In this document: one piece after another, positions 1 through 10,157 of the stretch | How the letters are laid out: each line of letters opens with the position of its first letter | Numbering within the stretch: the first letter of the stretch is position 1 | Assembly (NCBI GenBank): GCA_964534445.1 | Contig: CAZHOE010000003.1 | Span: 469,563 to 533,562, forward strand | Source of the DNA: an uncultured Micavibrio sp. | GTDB lineage: Bacteria; Pseudomonadota; Alphaproteobacteria; Micavibrionales; UBA2020 | Reading direction: 5' to 3' | Length of the DNA stretch: 64,000 nucleotides | The notes under the pieces: generated by a model | Told to the model about the DNA's origin: nothing | The model's input: only the letters and a program-made list of their open reading frames with translations | Databases searched by the model: none | Translations under genes and position numbers: made by a program

Positions 1-406
1 TATCGGTGCAGCCAGTATATTCGATGGTCTGGTCGATCGGCAGTTTTTCCCAGTTGTTTGGCCAATTGCGTACGCGGCGGGCAGGTGCAGCCTCTAGCAC
101 GGCAAGGGTCAGGATCCCGTCATTTTCGAACTGAATAGGCGCTTTTTGGTCTTTCAGGGACAGAATCGCGTAATCTTTAGCCTGCCGCTCCAATCCGGCG
201 GGCAGAAGGGTCTGGGTATCCGCCAGCGATTTTAGGTAAAAGTAACGGCTGAAAATAAGGGCTTCATCATAGGTTCCGCAGTCCGGCAGAGCCCAGTTGC
301 CCTGAATCTGGTCGGGAAGTGCCGCCAGCCCTTGAGCTTTGGCCGTATTCCAGCTAAAACAGAGCACAATTAGGAAAAACAAAAGGGCGTTTGGCAGGCG
401 CTGCAT
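1..406 (-). CDS. hypothetical secreted protein (N-terminal part; ORF runs off the window start)
   Basis: Reverse-strand ATG at 406-404. The frame stays open to position 1. N-terminus [24 protein letters not shown] looks like a Sec signal peptide. No family recognised. Confidence 0.45.
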   Translation of the reverse strand, partial: MQRLPNALLFFLIVLCFSWNTAKAQGLAALPDQIQGNWALPDCGTYDEALIFSRYFYLKSLADTQTLLPAGLERQAKDYAILSLKDQKAPIQFENDGILTLAVLEAAPARRVRNWPNNWEKLPIDQTIEYTGCTD

Positions 407-437
407 AAATCCTCGAAACCCGGGCTTAAAAAAAATT

Positions 438-2243
438 ATGACAGATCAAAAACACATCCGGAACTTCTCGATTATTGCCCATATCGACCATGGGAAGTCA
501 ACACTTGCCGACAGGATTATTCAAAAATGCGGCGGCTTGACCGCGCGTGAAATGAAAGAGCAGATCCTAGACAGTATGGAGCTGGAGCGCGAGCGCGGCA
601 TTACAATCAAGGCCCAGACCGTCCGCCTGCAATACACGGCGCAGAACGGCGAAGAATATATTTTTAATATCATGGATACGCCCGGCCACGTCGATTTTGC
701 TTACGAAGTCAGCCGCAGCCTTGCCGCCTGTGAAGGCGCGCTGCTGGTGGTCGATGCCTCGCAAGGGGTGGAGGCGCAGACGCTGGCCAACGTTTATCAA
801 GCGATCGACAACAATCTGGAGATTATCCCCGTCATCAACAAAATCGATCTGCCCGCCGCAGATGTGGAGCGGGTGCGCACGCAGATTGAAGATGTCATCG
901 GGATTGATGCCTCGGATGCGGTGTTGACCTCCGCCAAAAGCGGGATCGGGATTGATGAGCTGCTGGAAGCCGTTGTTTCCCGTCTGCCCTCGCCCAAGGG
1001 CGACCCGAATGCAAAGCTGAAGGCACTGTTGGTGGATAGCTGGTACGATGCCTATCTGGGCGTTGTTATTCTTGTGCGCGTGGTCGAAGGCACGGTCAAG
1101 GTCAAAGACAAACTGCGTTTTATGAACACGGGCGCATCATACGAAGCCGACCGCGTCGGTATCTTTACACCCAAACACGTTTTGACGGGGGAACTGAAAC
1201 CTGGCGAAATGGGTTTTATCACCTGCGGGATCAAAAGCATTCACGAAACCAAGATCGGGGATACGATCACGCTGGATCGAAACCCGTCTGATACAAAGCT
1301 GCCGGGCTTTAAGCCCTCTGTGCCGATGGTCTTCTGCTCTATCTTTCCGCTGGATTCGAGCGAGTTTGAAAAACTGCGTGATTCTCTTGGCAAACTGGCG
1401 CTCAACGATGCGAGCCTGCATTACGAAGCTGAAAGTTCTAACGCGCTGGGTATGGGCTTCCGTTGTGGATTTTTGGGGCTGCTGCATCTGGAGATTATTC
1501 AAGAACGTCTGGACCGCGAATATAATCTGGAGTTGATCCCGACGGCGCCATCGGTCATTTATAAGATATACCTGACCAATGGCGAGCAGATGGATTTGTA
1601 CAATCCCGCCGATATGCCGGATGTTGTGCGCATCGCCAAAATTGAAGAGCCGTGGATCAAGGCGACGATTTTTGTACCGGATGAGTATCTGGGCAGTATT
1701 TTGCAGCTCTGTCAGGAGCGACGGGGCACGCAAATCGAGCTGACATGGGTCGGCAGCCGCGCGATGGCGATTTACCGCCTGCCGCTCAACGAAGTTGTTT
1801 TCGATTTCTATGATCGCCTCAAATCCATCAGCCGCGGCTATGCGAGCATGGACTACCAGCTCGACGGTTTCGAGGAAGGCGATCTTGTACGTCTAAATAT
1901 CTTGGTGAATGCCGAGCCGCTGGACGCGCTGTCCATGATCGTTCATAGATCACAGGCCGAGCGCCGCGGGCGGCAGTTGTGCGAGCGTTTGAAAGAGCTG
2001 ATTCCGCGCCAGTTGTTCAAAGTGGCCATTCAGGCGTCTATCGGCGGCAAGATCGTTGCGCGCGAAGATGTTTCCGCGATGCGTAAAGATGTGACGGCCA
2101 AATGCTACGGCGGTGATATCTCCCGTAAACGCAAGCTGCTGGACAAGCAAAAAGAGGGCAAAAAGAAAATGCGCCAATACGGGAACGTCGAAATCCCGCA
2201 ATCGGCCTTTATCTCCGCCCTGCGTATGAGTGACGAAAAGTAA
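438..2243 (+). CDS. lepA: translation elongation factor 4 (LepA)
   Basis: [26 protein letters not shown] (G1), [13 protein letters not shown] motifs. About 600 aa with the LepA-type C-terminal tail ([21 protein letters not shown]). ATG at 438 preferred over the 339 extension, which overlaps the divergent ORF. Confidence 0.95.
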   Translation: MTDQKHIRNFSIIAHIDHGKSTLADRIIQKCGGLTAREMKEQILDSMELERERGITIKAQTVRLQYTAQNGEEYIFNIMDTPGHVDFAYEVSRSLAACEGALLVVDASQGVEAQTLANVYQAIDNNLEIIPVINKIDLPAADVERVRTQIEDVIGIDASDAVLTSAKSGIGIDELLEAVVSRLPSPKGDPNAKLKALLVDSWYDAYLGVVILVRVVEGTVKVKDKLRFMNTGASYEADRVGIFTPKHVLTGELKPGEMGFITCGIKSIHETKIGDTITLDRNPSDTKLPGFKPSVPMVFCSIFPLDSSEFEKLRDSLGKLALNDASLHYEAESSNALGMGFRCGFLGLLHLEIIQERLDREYNLELIPTAPSVIYKIYLTNGEQMDLYNPADMPDVVRIAKIEEPWIKATIFVPDEYLGSILQLCQERRGTQIELTWVGSRAMAIYRLPLNEVVFDFYDRLKSISRGYASMDYQLDGFEEGDLVRLNILVNAEPLDALSMIVHRSQAERRGRQLCERLKELIPRQLFKVAIQASIGGKIVAREDVSAMRKDVTAKCYGGDISRKRKLLDKQKEGKKKMRQYGNVEIPQSAFISALRMSDEK

Positions 2244-2255
2244 TCAAAATATTAT

Positions 2256-2843
2256 TCAGGCAGCAAAAGGGCTCTCAATCCCCTTTTGCACCATAAATCG
2301 ATAGGTTGCGGCGATGCTGCGGGCGTCGTGCAGGGCGTTGTGTTCCTGAATCACGTCCATTTCCGCGCCGACCGTGGCGGCGAGCTTGCCGGAATTGATT
2401 TTGGGTGTGATGCCGAAGGGCGCGCCTTTGTCTTGAAACCAGAGCCCGATGTTGAGGCTGTCAAAATCATCCTCGCCATTCGGCATGGCGTTAAAGCCAA
2501 GGTTTTCGCGCATCACCCGCGCATCCCAGCCGTAGCAGGCCGTGCGGTCGCTTTGCACAAAGGCAAGGAAGGCGTGGTAGGCATCGGGAAAGCTGAGGCC
2601 GTCTTTGGCGACATCCTCATTCGAAATACCCGTCAGTTCGCAAAAGAAATCCGACAGCACGGGGTTTTTGACGGGTTTGATCAGCAATTCAAACTCGTCA
2701 ACCTCCGTCAGCGTATCCAGATCAAACCGCACCGCGCCGATCTGTACCAGCTCGCGATACTGCCCGGGGGTGGACCAGTCGTTTTCAATCGCACCTTCCC
2801 ACGTGGTGAATTCGGTATCATAGAAAACGACGGTATTGGTCAT
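2256..2843 (-). CDS. DEDDh-type 3'-5' exonuclease (KapD/ERI-1-like)
   Basis: N-terminal VFYDTEFT (Exo I D-x-E) and C-terminal HNALHDARS (H-x4-D) motifs. The start overlaps the stop of the upstream peptidase gene (ATGA at 2840-2843). Confidence 0.7.
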   Translation of the reverse strand: MTNTVVFYDTEFTTWEGAIENDWSTPGQYRELVQIGAVRFDLDTLTEVDEFELLIKPVKNPVLSDFFCELTGISNEDVAKDGLSFPDAYHAFLAFVQSDRTACYGWDARVMRENLGFNAMPNGEDDFDSLNIGLWFQDKGAPFGITPKINSGKLAATVGAEMDVIQEHNALHDARSIAATYRFMVQKGIESPFAA

Positions 2844-5077
2844 GGTTTGAACTTCCTTTTAAAGAAATCGACAACTTTGCTCTCGGGCTTCGGCGCGTTT
2901 TTCGCCTCCAGCTCTGCTTTATAGGCCGTCTGGTCGACAGGTCCAACCGATTTTTCGATAAAGGCAAAGGTCTCCGCCCAGTCTTGAATAATTTTCTGGA
3001 TGGATTTTCCGGCGCCATGGCCGGCGTCTTTTTCAACGCGAAGCAGTGTGTTGTTCTCTTCCGCGCTGCGTGCCTGCAGCGTGGCGGCGAGTTTATAGGA
3101 ATGCCACGGCACCACGCGGTCGTCGTGATCCGCTGTTTTGATGACATGCGGGGGGTATTTTGCACCCGGCTTCACGTTATGCAGCGGGGAGTAGCGTGCC
3201 GCGGTATTAAAATCTTTTTTGATACCGGGATCGCCGTAATCGGACTTCCACGCCGCGCCATAGGTCGCGAGATGAAAGCGGAACATATCGGTGACGGGCA
3301 CTTCGGTAATGACGGCGCCGAAAAGTTCCGGCTTTTGCAGCATGGTGGCGGATGTCAATAGCCCGCCGTTGCTGCCGCCGCGGATGACCAGACGTTCTTT
3401 GGACGTATAGCCTTCTTTTTGCAGATGCTCGGCGCAGGCGATGAAATCATCGAAAACGTTTTGTTTGTTTTCCTTGCGACCCTGATTATACCAGTCTTCG
3501 CCAAATTCCCCGCCGCCGCGCAGGTTGGCCTGCGCATAAATACCGCCGGATTTGACAAAGTGCATCATGCTGCTGCCGATCCCCGGCGTCAGCGGTACGT
3601 TAAAGCCGCCATAGCCGTAAAGAATGGTGGCGGCACTGCCGTCGAGCTTGGTATCGGGGTGGCGAATAACCGTCATCGGCACTTTGGTACCGTCTTTGGA
3701 TGTTGCATGCACGCGCTCGACAATGCAATCGCTGAGGTCGTACTTGGCGGGGCCTTTTTTGACGAAAGTCAGCGCGTTCTTTTCAATGTCATAGCTGTAA
3801 ATATCGCCGGAGGACTGGAAGCCGGAAACTGTGATCGTAAAAGTGTCATCTTCGGGATGGATGCGGCCGTAACCCGTCACCGTTTGCGGCGGCAGCGGCA
3901 TATCGTGCAGGTGCTTGCCTTCGGGCGTGAAAACTTTCACGGCATCGGCGGTGTCCTGCGTGTAAAACGCAAACAGTTTACCTTTGTGGATCTTGGCGCT
4001 GTCTAGCACGTCTTCGGCATGTTGTTCGATGACGGTTGTCCAATTTTCCGGCTGCGGGCTGTTGGGGTCAAGCTTGACCAGTTTGCCGCGCGGGGCATCC
4101 TTGTTGGTAACGGCCAGAATGGTGCCGTCTGGATTTTCGAAGATCGGCTGGACGGTATAGGTCTTGGGCGCAACGATTTGTTTGAAATCTTCATTGCTGC
4201 CGAAGGGGCGGAACAACAGGCCGCTGTTTTTATCCGTGCCGATACTGTGCCAGACCCACTCGTATTTGCCTGTCGACATGCGGGAGGGAGAAAGGAAGCT
4301 GTCTTCTTCCGCGACTTCAAAAATCTTTTTGTCGTTTTCAATCGCATCGCCGATCTTGTGGTGCTTGATGATCGTGCGGCGCGTATCGTCATGCGTGGGG
4401 TAGGTATACTGGAAGCTGTCATGGCTTTGACGATCCCACAGTACACTGGTAAAGCGGCAGTCCTTGATTTCGTCGGCAAGGTCTTTGCCAGTTTCAACAT
4501 CCCGGATTTTCAGCGTTTGCGCATCGCTGCCCGCTTCGGAAATCATATAGGCCACGCGTTTGCCATCGGGGCTCGGTACCCAGCCGGAAAGGGCAACCGT
4601 ACCGTCTTTGCTGAGGGTATTGGGGTCAATCAGGGTTTTCCAAGGGCCGTCGGCACTGTCTGCAACTTCGATCACGCTTTGCGCGGCCAGAGATTTGTGG
4701 AAAGTGCGGAAATGTTTTTTGCCGTAGCGCGCGGGCAGGCTTTCGCTGTCGTAATCAAACGCATCCGTCAGGAAGGTTTCGGCGCGCTGCATAGATTCTT
4801 CCATACCCTTGATGTAATCGGCAAAGCTCTGGTTTTGTTTGTCGACCCATGCGGCGGTTTGGGGGGCATCCAGATCCTCCAGCGGGCGGAAGGGGTCGGA
4901 GACGGCAATCCCGTGATGCAGTTCGATAAGGCTATTGTCGACCGGCGGGTTTTTGGCACGGGCCAGCTCCTCCGGCGAGACGGTAAAGCTGTAATTGGGC
5001 GCACGGTTATCGTTTGCCGGGGTTTCCTTGCCAAAGAATTTATTGGCAATATTACGCAAAGAACGGCCAAGCGCCAT
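2840..5077 (-). CDS. prolyl oligopeptidase (S9A serine peptidase)
   Basis: 745 aa. N-terminal beta-propeller-type region (DPFRPLEDLDAPQTAAWVDKQN) and C-terminal catalytic domain with GGSNGGLL nucleophile elbow and DDRV/GHG motifs. Confidence 0.9.
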   Translation of the reverse strand: MALGRSLRNIANKFFGKETPANDNRAPNYSFTVSPEELARAKNPPVDNSLIELHHGIAVSDPFRPLEDLDAPQTAAWVDKQNQSFADYIKGMEESMQRAETFLTDAFDYDSESLPARYGKKHFRTFHKSLAAQSVIEVADSADGPWKTLIDPNTLSKDGTVALSGWVPSPDGKRVAYMISEAGSDAQTLKIRDVETGKDLADEIKDCRFTSVLWDRQSHDSFQYTYPTHDDTRRTIIKHHKIGDAIENDKKIFEVAEEDSFLSPSRMSTGKYEWVWHSIGTDKNSGLLFRPFGSNEDFKQIVAPKTYTVQPIFENPDGTILAVTNKDAPRGKLVKLDPNSPQPENWTTVIEQHAEDVLDSAKIHKGKLFAFYTQDTADAVKVFTPEGKHLHDMPLPPQTVTGYGRIHPEDDTFTITVSGFQSSGDIYSYDIEKNALTFVKKGPAKYDLSDCIVERVHATSKDGTKVPMTVIRHPDTKLDGSAATILYGYGGFNVPLTPGIGSSMMHFVKSGGIYAQANLRGGGEFGEDWYNQGRKENKQNVFDDFIACAEHLQKEGYTSKERLVIRGGSNGGLLTSATMLQKPELFGAVITEVPVTDMFRFHLATYGAAWKSDYGDPGIKKDFNTAARYSPLHNVKPGAKYPPHVIKTADHDDRVVPWHSYKLAATLQARSAEENNTLLRVEKDAGHGAGKSIQKIIQDWAETFAFIEKSVGPVDQTAYKAELEAKNAPKPESKVVDFFKRKFKP

Positions 5078-5175
5078 TGGAGCCTCCTGATATAGACGAA
5101 ATAGAATTGCTTAAATCGGGTCAGATTTTACCAATTATGTCTATAAAGGGCAAGACTCTTGTAATTTTCATATAT

Positions 5176-6786
5176 TTAAACGTTTTTTGCCCGAATATGG
5201 GCGATCAGGCCTTTGGTAGAGGCATCATGGTCGCCAACGGGACTATCGCCCGCAATTTCAGGCTCCAGACTTTTGGCGAGGACTTTACCCAGCTCCACAC
5301 CCCATTGGTCAAAGCTGTTGATTTGCCACAGCATGCCCTGCACGAAAACCTTGTGCTCGTAGAGCGCGAGCAGCATGCCCAGCGTTTGGGGGGTCAGGGC
5401 GTCGAGCAGCAGGGTGGTGGAGGGGCGATTGCCGGGGAAATGGCGGTGCGGCTCATCCGGATTATCACGCCCGCCCATCAGCGCCGCGCTCTGGGCGAGG
5501 AAGTTGGCGAGCAGCATGTTCTGTTGCGTCCGGTTGCCGTAGGGCGTTTTGACGGCGGCGATGAAATCAACCGGCACAATGTCGGTGCCCTGGTGCAGCC
5601 ATTGAAAGAAACTATGCTGCGCATCCGTACCGGGCTCGCCAAAGATCATCGGGCCGGTCGGGATAGGCATGGTTTGGCCGCTACGGTCAACACGTTTGCC
5701 GTTGCTCTCCATATCCAGCTGCTGCAGGAAAGCGGGCAGACGCGCCAGTTGTGCATGATAGGGAATGACGGCAAGGGCGGGGTAGCCGCAGATATTACGA
5801 TGCCAGAAGCCGATCAAACCCATCAGCACGGGCAGGTTTTGTGAAAGTGGCGCGGTTTTGAAATGCTGGTCCATTTCGCGCGCACCTGCGAGCAGTGCAC
5901 GGAAGTGAACGGCCCCGATCATCAACATGCAGGAAAGGCCGATCGCCGACCACAAGCTGTACCGCCCGCCGACCCAGTCGTTAAACGGGAACATGTTTTG
6001 TGTGGCAATGCCAAAAGCGGAGACGGCCTCCGCATTCGTGGATGCCGCCACAAAATGTTTGGCAACAGCGGATTCATCGCCTTTGTAATGGGCGAGCAGC
6101 CAGTCGCGGGCGATGCGTGCATTTTGCATCGTTTCTGCCGTGGTAAATGTTTTGGAGGCGATGATAAACAGCGTTGTTTCGGGATTGATAGACGACAGCG
6201 TGCGGGCAAGGTCGGAGGCTTCGACGTTTGCCACGTAATGTGCGGTCAGGCGCGGGTGGTGGAAATAGGCCAGCGCCTGTGTGACCAGTTGCGGCCCTAG
6301 GCTGGAGCCGCCGATGCCGATGTTCACAACGTCGGTCATTTCCTTGCCGCTATGACCTTGCCATGCGCCACTGCGCACATCTTCGGCGAAGGCGGCCATG
6401 CGGTCGATCGTTTCGCGCACTTCCGGTACGACATTCTTGCCATCAACGTTATAAATATCATCCGCATCCGCGCGCAGCGCCATGTGCAGGACGGCGCGGT
6501 TCTCGGTATTATTGATTTTTTCGCCGCCGAAAAAGCGCAGGCGGGCATCGTCGATCCCGGCCTCTTGGGCGAATTGTACCAGCAGCTTCAGGGTTTCGTC
6601 CGTCATCAGGGTCTTGGAAAAATCTGCCAGCAAGCCGGGCAGTTGTAATGACATTTTGCTAAACCGTCCGTCATCCTCGGCAAACAGATCTTTGATGTTC
6701 ATCGGGGAGATTTGTGCGTAATGGGCTTCAAGCGCCTGTAGCGCGGCGGCGGGGGCGGGTTTCTTTTTTTGTGTCGCTTCGGTCAT
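5176..6786 (-). CDS. pgi: glucose-6-phosphate isomerase
   Basis: 536 aa with classic PGI blocks (NIGIGGSSLGP, GGRYSLWSAIGL, ESNGK, FDQWGVELGK). Confidence 0.95.
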   Translation of the reverse strand: MTEATQKKKPAPAAALQALEAHYAQISPMNIKDLFAEDDGRFSKMSLQLPGLLADFSKTLMTDETLKLLVQFAQEAGIDDARLRFFGGEKINNTENRAVLHMALRADADDIYNVDGKNVVPEVRETIDRMAAFAEDVRSGAWQGHSGKEMTDVVNIGIGGSSLGPQLVTQALAYFHHPRLTAHYVANVEASDLARTLSSINPETTLFIIASKTFTTAETMQNARIARDWLLAHYKGDESAVAKHFVAASTNAEAVSAFGIATQNMFPFNDWVGGRYSLWSAIGLSCMLMIGAVHFRALLAGAREMDQHFKTAPLSQNLPVLMGLIGFWHRNICGYPALAVIPYHAQLARLPAFLQQLDMESNGKRVDRSGQTMPIPTGPMIFGEPGTDAQHSFFQWLHQGTDIVPVDFIAAVKTPYGNRTQQNMLLANFLAQSAALMGGRDNPDEPHRHFPGNRPSTTLLLDALTPQTLGMLLALYEHKVFVQGMLWQINSFDQWGVELGKVLAKSLEPEIAGDSPVGDHDASTKGLIAHIRAKNV

Positions 6787-6803
6787 ATTTTATCCTGATT
6801 TTT

Positions 6804-8189
6804 TTATTTGGATTCAGGCAACGCCATGCCGGGCGGCTTGTCCAGCATGATGTCGGCTTTGACGTTGTCGGGCTTGCCGACCAATACGGTCGTCAGGTGA
6901 TCGGTTTTCAAAAGACGTTTGGCCGTGCGGCGAACGTCGGCAAGCGTGATGGCATTCAGCATATCATTGCGGCGATTGATATATTGCGCATCCATATCGT
7001 CGCGTTGCAGGCCGTTCAAAACACCGGCAATATCGCCGGTGGAGGTCAGCTCCAGCATCAGCGATCCTGTCAGATAGGCTTTGGCGTCTTTCAGCTCTTG
7101 CTCTGTCGGGCCGGCTTCGGCCATGCGTTGCAATTGGGCACGGATGATGGTAAGCGCTTCGGCAACGCTTTCATTGCTGCTGGACAGGCTGATCTGCGAA
7201 ATGGCGGCGTGTTTCATGCTTTGCAGGCTGCTGAAAATACCATAGGTCAGGCCGCGCTTTTCGCGCACCTCGGTCATCAGCCATGAATCAAAACTGCCGC
7301 CGCCCAGAATATAATTCATCACAACCGCCGCATGCCAGTCTTTGTCGGCGCGTGGAATACCGGGCGCGCCGATGGCGATATAGGTTTGCGGTGTGTCCAG
7401 CGGCAATAAAATGGTTTTGCCCGCGTATTTCGGCTGTATATTCGTGCCGTCAATTGCGGCGCCTTTGGCGGGCAGCGCACCAAAAGTTTTGTCAATCAGG
7501 GCAGCGGCTTCCGTTTCGCTGATATCGCCGGCGATAGCAACTTGCAAGACGTCGCGCGTGAACTGCGCTCTTGTAAAGCTGACCAAATCTTTTTTGTTGA
7601 TTTTCTGCATACTGGCAAGATGGCCGTAGCCGGGCAGCGCATAAACATGGCCTTCGAACAGCGTGCCGTTAAACGTGCGCGCAGATAGCCATGACGGATC
7701 GCCCATATCGCGTTTGATTTGGGCGATATTGGCGTTTTTCATTCGCTCGATCGCATCGTCATCAAAACGCGGCGCGGTAAGGGCGGCACGCAGCAGGTCA
7801 AAGGCGAGCCCGCGGTTATCGGTGATGGTGCGCAGCTCGCCAAAAAACGCATCGCGGCCGGCGGTAAAGCCCATCGAGATCGCATTATCCGACAGATTGG
7901 CCTGAAAGGTCTGGCTGTCCATATTTTCCGCACCTTCATCCAGCAAAATGGAGACGAGACGGGCGACGCCAGGCTTGCCTTCGGGGTCGTGCGCGAGACC
8001 CCCTTCAAAAGAAAAGTTCAGCGAGATAACGGGGATACTGTGATCTTCCACCAGCCAAACGTCGATACCGGCGGGGGTTGTAAAGGATTTGACATCCAGC
8101 ACCTTGCCGCCGACCGGCTCCTCTGCAAAGGCGGGCGCGGCGCAGACGATAAAAAAAGCAAAGCTCAGCGATAAAATCAGGCGGATCAT
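6804..8189 (-). CDS. M16 family peptidase, non-catalytic partner subunit (secreted)
   Basis: Signal peptide MIRLILSLSFAFFIVCAAPAFA and M16 fold blocks. The HxxEH position reads ARLVSILLDEG, so no zinc motif. Overlaps the upstream M16 gene by 4 nt. Confidence 0.8.
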   Translation of the reverse strand: MIRLILSLSFAFFIVCAAPAFAEEPVGGKVLDVKSFTTPAGIDVWLVEDHSIPVISLNFSFEGGLAHDPEGKPGVARLVSILLDEGAENMDSQTFQANLSDNAISMGFTAGRDAFFGELRTITDNRGLAFDLLRAALTAPRFDDDAIERMKNANIAQIKRDMGDPSWLSARTFNGTLFEGHVYALPGYGHLASMQKINKKDLVSFTRAQFTRDVLQVAIAGDISETEAAALIDKTFGALPAKGAAIDGTNIQPKYAGKTILLPLDTPQTYIAIGAPGIPRADKDWHAAVVMNYILGGGSFDSWLMTEVREKRGLTYGIFSSLQSMKHAAISQISLSSSNESVAEALTIIRAQLQRMAEAGPTEQELKDAKAYLTGSLMLELTSTGDIAGVLNGLQRDDMDAQYINRRNDMLNAITLADVRRTAKRLLKTDHLTTVLVGKPDNVKADIMLDKPPGMALPESK

Positions 8190-9541
8190 TCCTTGGCTCC
8201 TTTATCAGCGGCTTGTTTGGGCGCTTTGTCCTGCGGCAGCAAAATACCGGTAACGGGCATATCCGCATTTTCGAACACGAGCTTTGCGGCGGCAGCGATG
8301 TCATCAATGGTCAGTTTTTCGAGGCGCGCCATGCGGTTTTCGACGTAATCGATGCTAAATCCGCTGGCCAGCGCACGGCCGAAAATAATGGCCGGACCCT
8401 GCAGACTGTCGAGATAATAAGTCATACTCGCACGGCTGCGGCTTTTGGCACTGTTCAGTTCTTCCAGTGTGATGCCGTTCGCCAGCACATTGGCGATTTC
8501 CTGTGCCAAGGCTGTTTCCAGCTCGGCAAGACCGGTGCCGGGGGTGGGGGTGGCATACATGCTGAATGTGGTTTCATTCAGGCTCATGGGGTCGTAACTT
8601 GCGCCGACGGAAATGGCGAGCTTTTTGTCCACGACCAGATTTTTATACAGCCGTGCCGTGGAGGTGCCGCCCAGAATTTCGGCCAGCGTATTCAGGGCAT
8701 CGCTGCCACGGGGTACACGCCATGTTTTGATGAAGACAGGCTGACCGATGCGCGGATCTTCCATGACCAGACGCTGCGCGGCGACAATTGGCGCAGGACG
8801 GGTACGGTTGCGCTCCGGCAAGGTTTGTGCGGTGATGGTGCCGTAGTATTTTTCAGCCAGCGGTTTGAGTGTTTCGAGTGTAATATCGCCCGATACAATC
8901 AATATGGCGTTATTCGGTGCATACCATTCGTTGTAGTAATCAAAGGCATCTTCGCGCGTCAGTTCGCGCATTTCATGCAGCCAGCCGATGACGGGCAGGC
9001 CGTAGGGGTGATTGACGAATAGTGCGCTCATCATCTGTTCCTGAAACTTCGCCTGCGGCTGGTTGTCGACGCGCTGGCGGCGCTCCTCAATAATCACCTG
9101 ACGCTCCGATGCGACTTCATCTTCGCGCAAGGTCAGGTTCTTCATGCGGTCGGCTTCCATACGCATGACGGTTTCAAGCTGCCCCAGCGGCACGTTCTGG
9201 TAATAGGCGGTGTAATCTTGTGTCGTGAAGGCATTGTCATTGCCGCCCAGCTTTTTAACGATGCGGGAAAACTGTCCGTCCGGCACCTTGGGCGTGCCTT
9301 TAAACATCAGGTGCTCCAGAAAATGCGCGATGCCCGATTTGCCGGGCAGTTCATCTGCCGCGCCGAATTTGTACCAGACCATATGTGTGACCACAGGCGC
9401 GCGGTGGTTGGGGATGACGACGACCTTCATGCCGTTTTGCAATGTCATGCTTTCGGCATTGAAAAGTTTTTCCGCCGCTGACGCCGGCAGGGCGGCACAT
9501 GTCAAAAATGCCAACAGGCAAATACACCCGAATAAACGCAT
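8186..9541 (-). CDS. M16 family zinc peptidase (pitrilysin/insulinase-like, secreted)
   Basis: Signal peptide plus inverted zinc motif HFLEHLMFKG and a downstream E-rich block. Paired with the adjacent inactive subunit. Confidence 0.9.
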   Translation of the reverse strand: MRLFGCICLLAFLTCAALPASAAEKLFNAESMTLQNGMKVVVIPNHRAPVVTHMVWYKFGAADELPGKSGIAHFLEHLMFKGTPKVPDGQFSRIVKKLGGNDNAFTTQDYTAYYQNVPLGQLETVMRMEADRMKNLTLREDEVASERQVIIEERRQRVDNQPQAKFQEQMMSALFVNHPYGLPVIGWLHEMRELTREDAFDYYNEWYAPNNAILIVSGDITLETLKPLAEKYYGTITAQTLPERNRTRPAPIVAAQRLVMEDPRIGQPVFIKTWRVPRGSDALNTLAEILGGTSTARLYKNLVVDKKLAISVGASYDPMSLNETTFSMYATPTPGTGLAELETALAQEIANVLANGITLEELNSAKSRSRASMTYYLDSLQGPAIIFGRALASGFSIDYVENRMARLEKLTIDDIAAAAKLVFENADMPVTGILLPQDKAPKQAADKGAKE

Positions 9542-9749
9542 CGCAACCGTTACTCCTTAAAAATAGGGTGGTGCTGATTATTGTTTGATTATCAACGCTA
9601 TTATTTAACAGAGATTAAAAGTTTTCGCCAATTTTTTGATATTCCGTAATATGCCGCACGGAGTGGAACAACCGATAAATATGTGCGTTTATGGGCTGAT
9701 TTGTGTATTTTGCCTATAAAGCACATTTTCCAAATCAGGGTGAGACGAT

Positions 9750-10157
9750 ATGACAGCCAAAAAATCCCGTAAAACCATAGCGGCCAAAACAATGAAACAG
9801 GCGCAGGACAAGCACCTGCTGGCAGCCGATGTTTTGAAAAAACACCGTCAAAAAATCGACAAAATCGACGTACAGCTGATGAAGCTGCTGGGGCAGCGGT
9901 TTGATGTCGTGCGGGAAGTCGCCAAAGTGAAGATCAAACATGATATTCCCGCCTTTCTGGGCGGCCGCGTGAACGAGGTGCGCAATAATGCCGTCGCCCA
10001 TGGCAAAAAATACGGCGTGGATCCGGATTTTGTGCGTACGCTTTACACCATGCTGATCTACCAGTCCTGCGCCGAGGAAGAGGTACTCAAGCACGAAGCG
10101 CAGCAAAAAACGCAGAGCCAGAAAAAGACAGCCCAGAACAAATCCAAGAACAAATAA
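9750..10157 (+). CDS. chorismate mutase (AroQ class)
   Basis: LKKHRQKIDKIDVQLMKLLGQRFDVVREVAKVK, a helix-bundle CM_2 signature. SD ggtgag upstream. The stop overlaps the rsmB start. Confidence 0.75.
   Translation: MTAKKSRKTIAAKTMKQAQDKHLLAADVLKKHRQKIDKIDVQLMKLLGQRFDVVREVAKVKIKHDIPAFLGGRVNEVRNNAVAHGKKYGVDPDFVRTLYTMLIYQSCAEEEVLKHEAQQKTQSQKKTAQNKSKNK

Noticed and set aside
339-437. 33-codon N-terminal extension of lepA in the ORF track
   Set aside because: The canonical LepA N-terminus begins at MTDQKH (ATG at 438). The extension overlaps the start of the divergent secreted-protein ORF.
4019-5095. 358-aa plus-strand ORF antisense to the prolyl oligopeptidase gene
   Set aside because: It is fully contained within a confidently identified minus-strand gene. 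The composition is Arg/Gly/Ala-rich and low-complexity, typical of antisense frames in GC-rich DNA. It has no SD and no motif.
9605-9618. TTAA-N6-TTAA upstream of the chorismate mutase gene, considered as a CtrA box
   Set aside because: The spacing is 6 rather than 7, so it is not counted. Likewise, the TTAA-N8-TTAA spacing inside the 12-bp repeat is not a canonical CtrA site.
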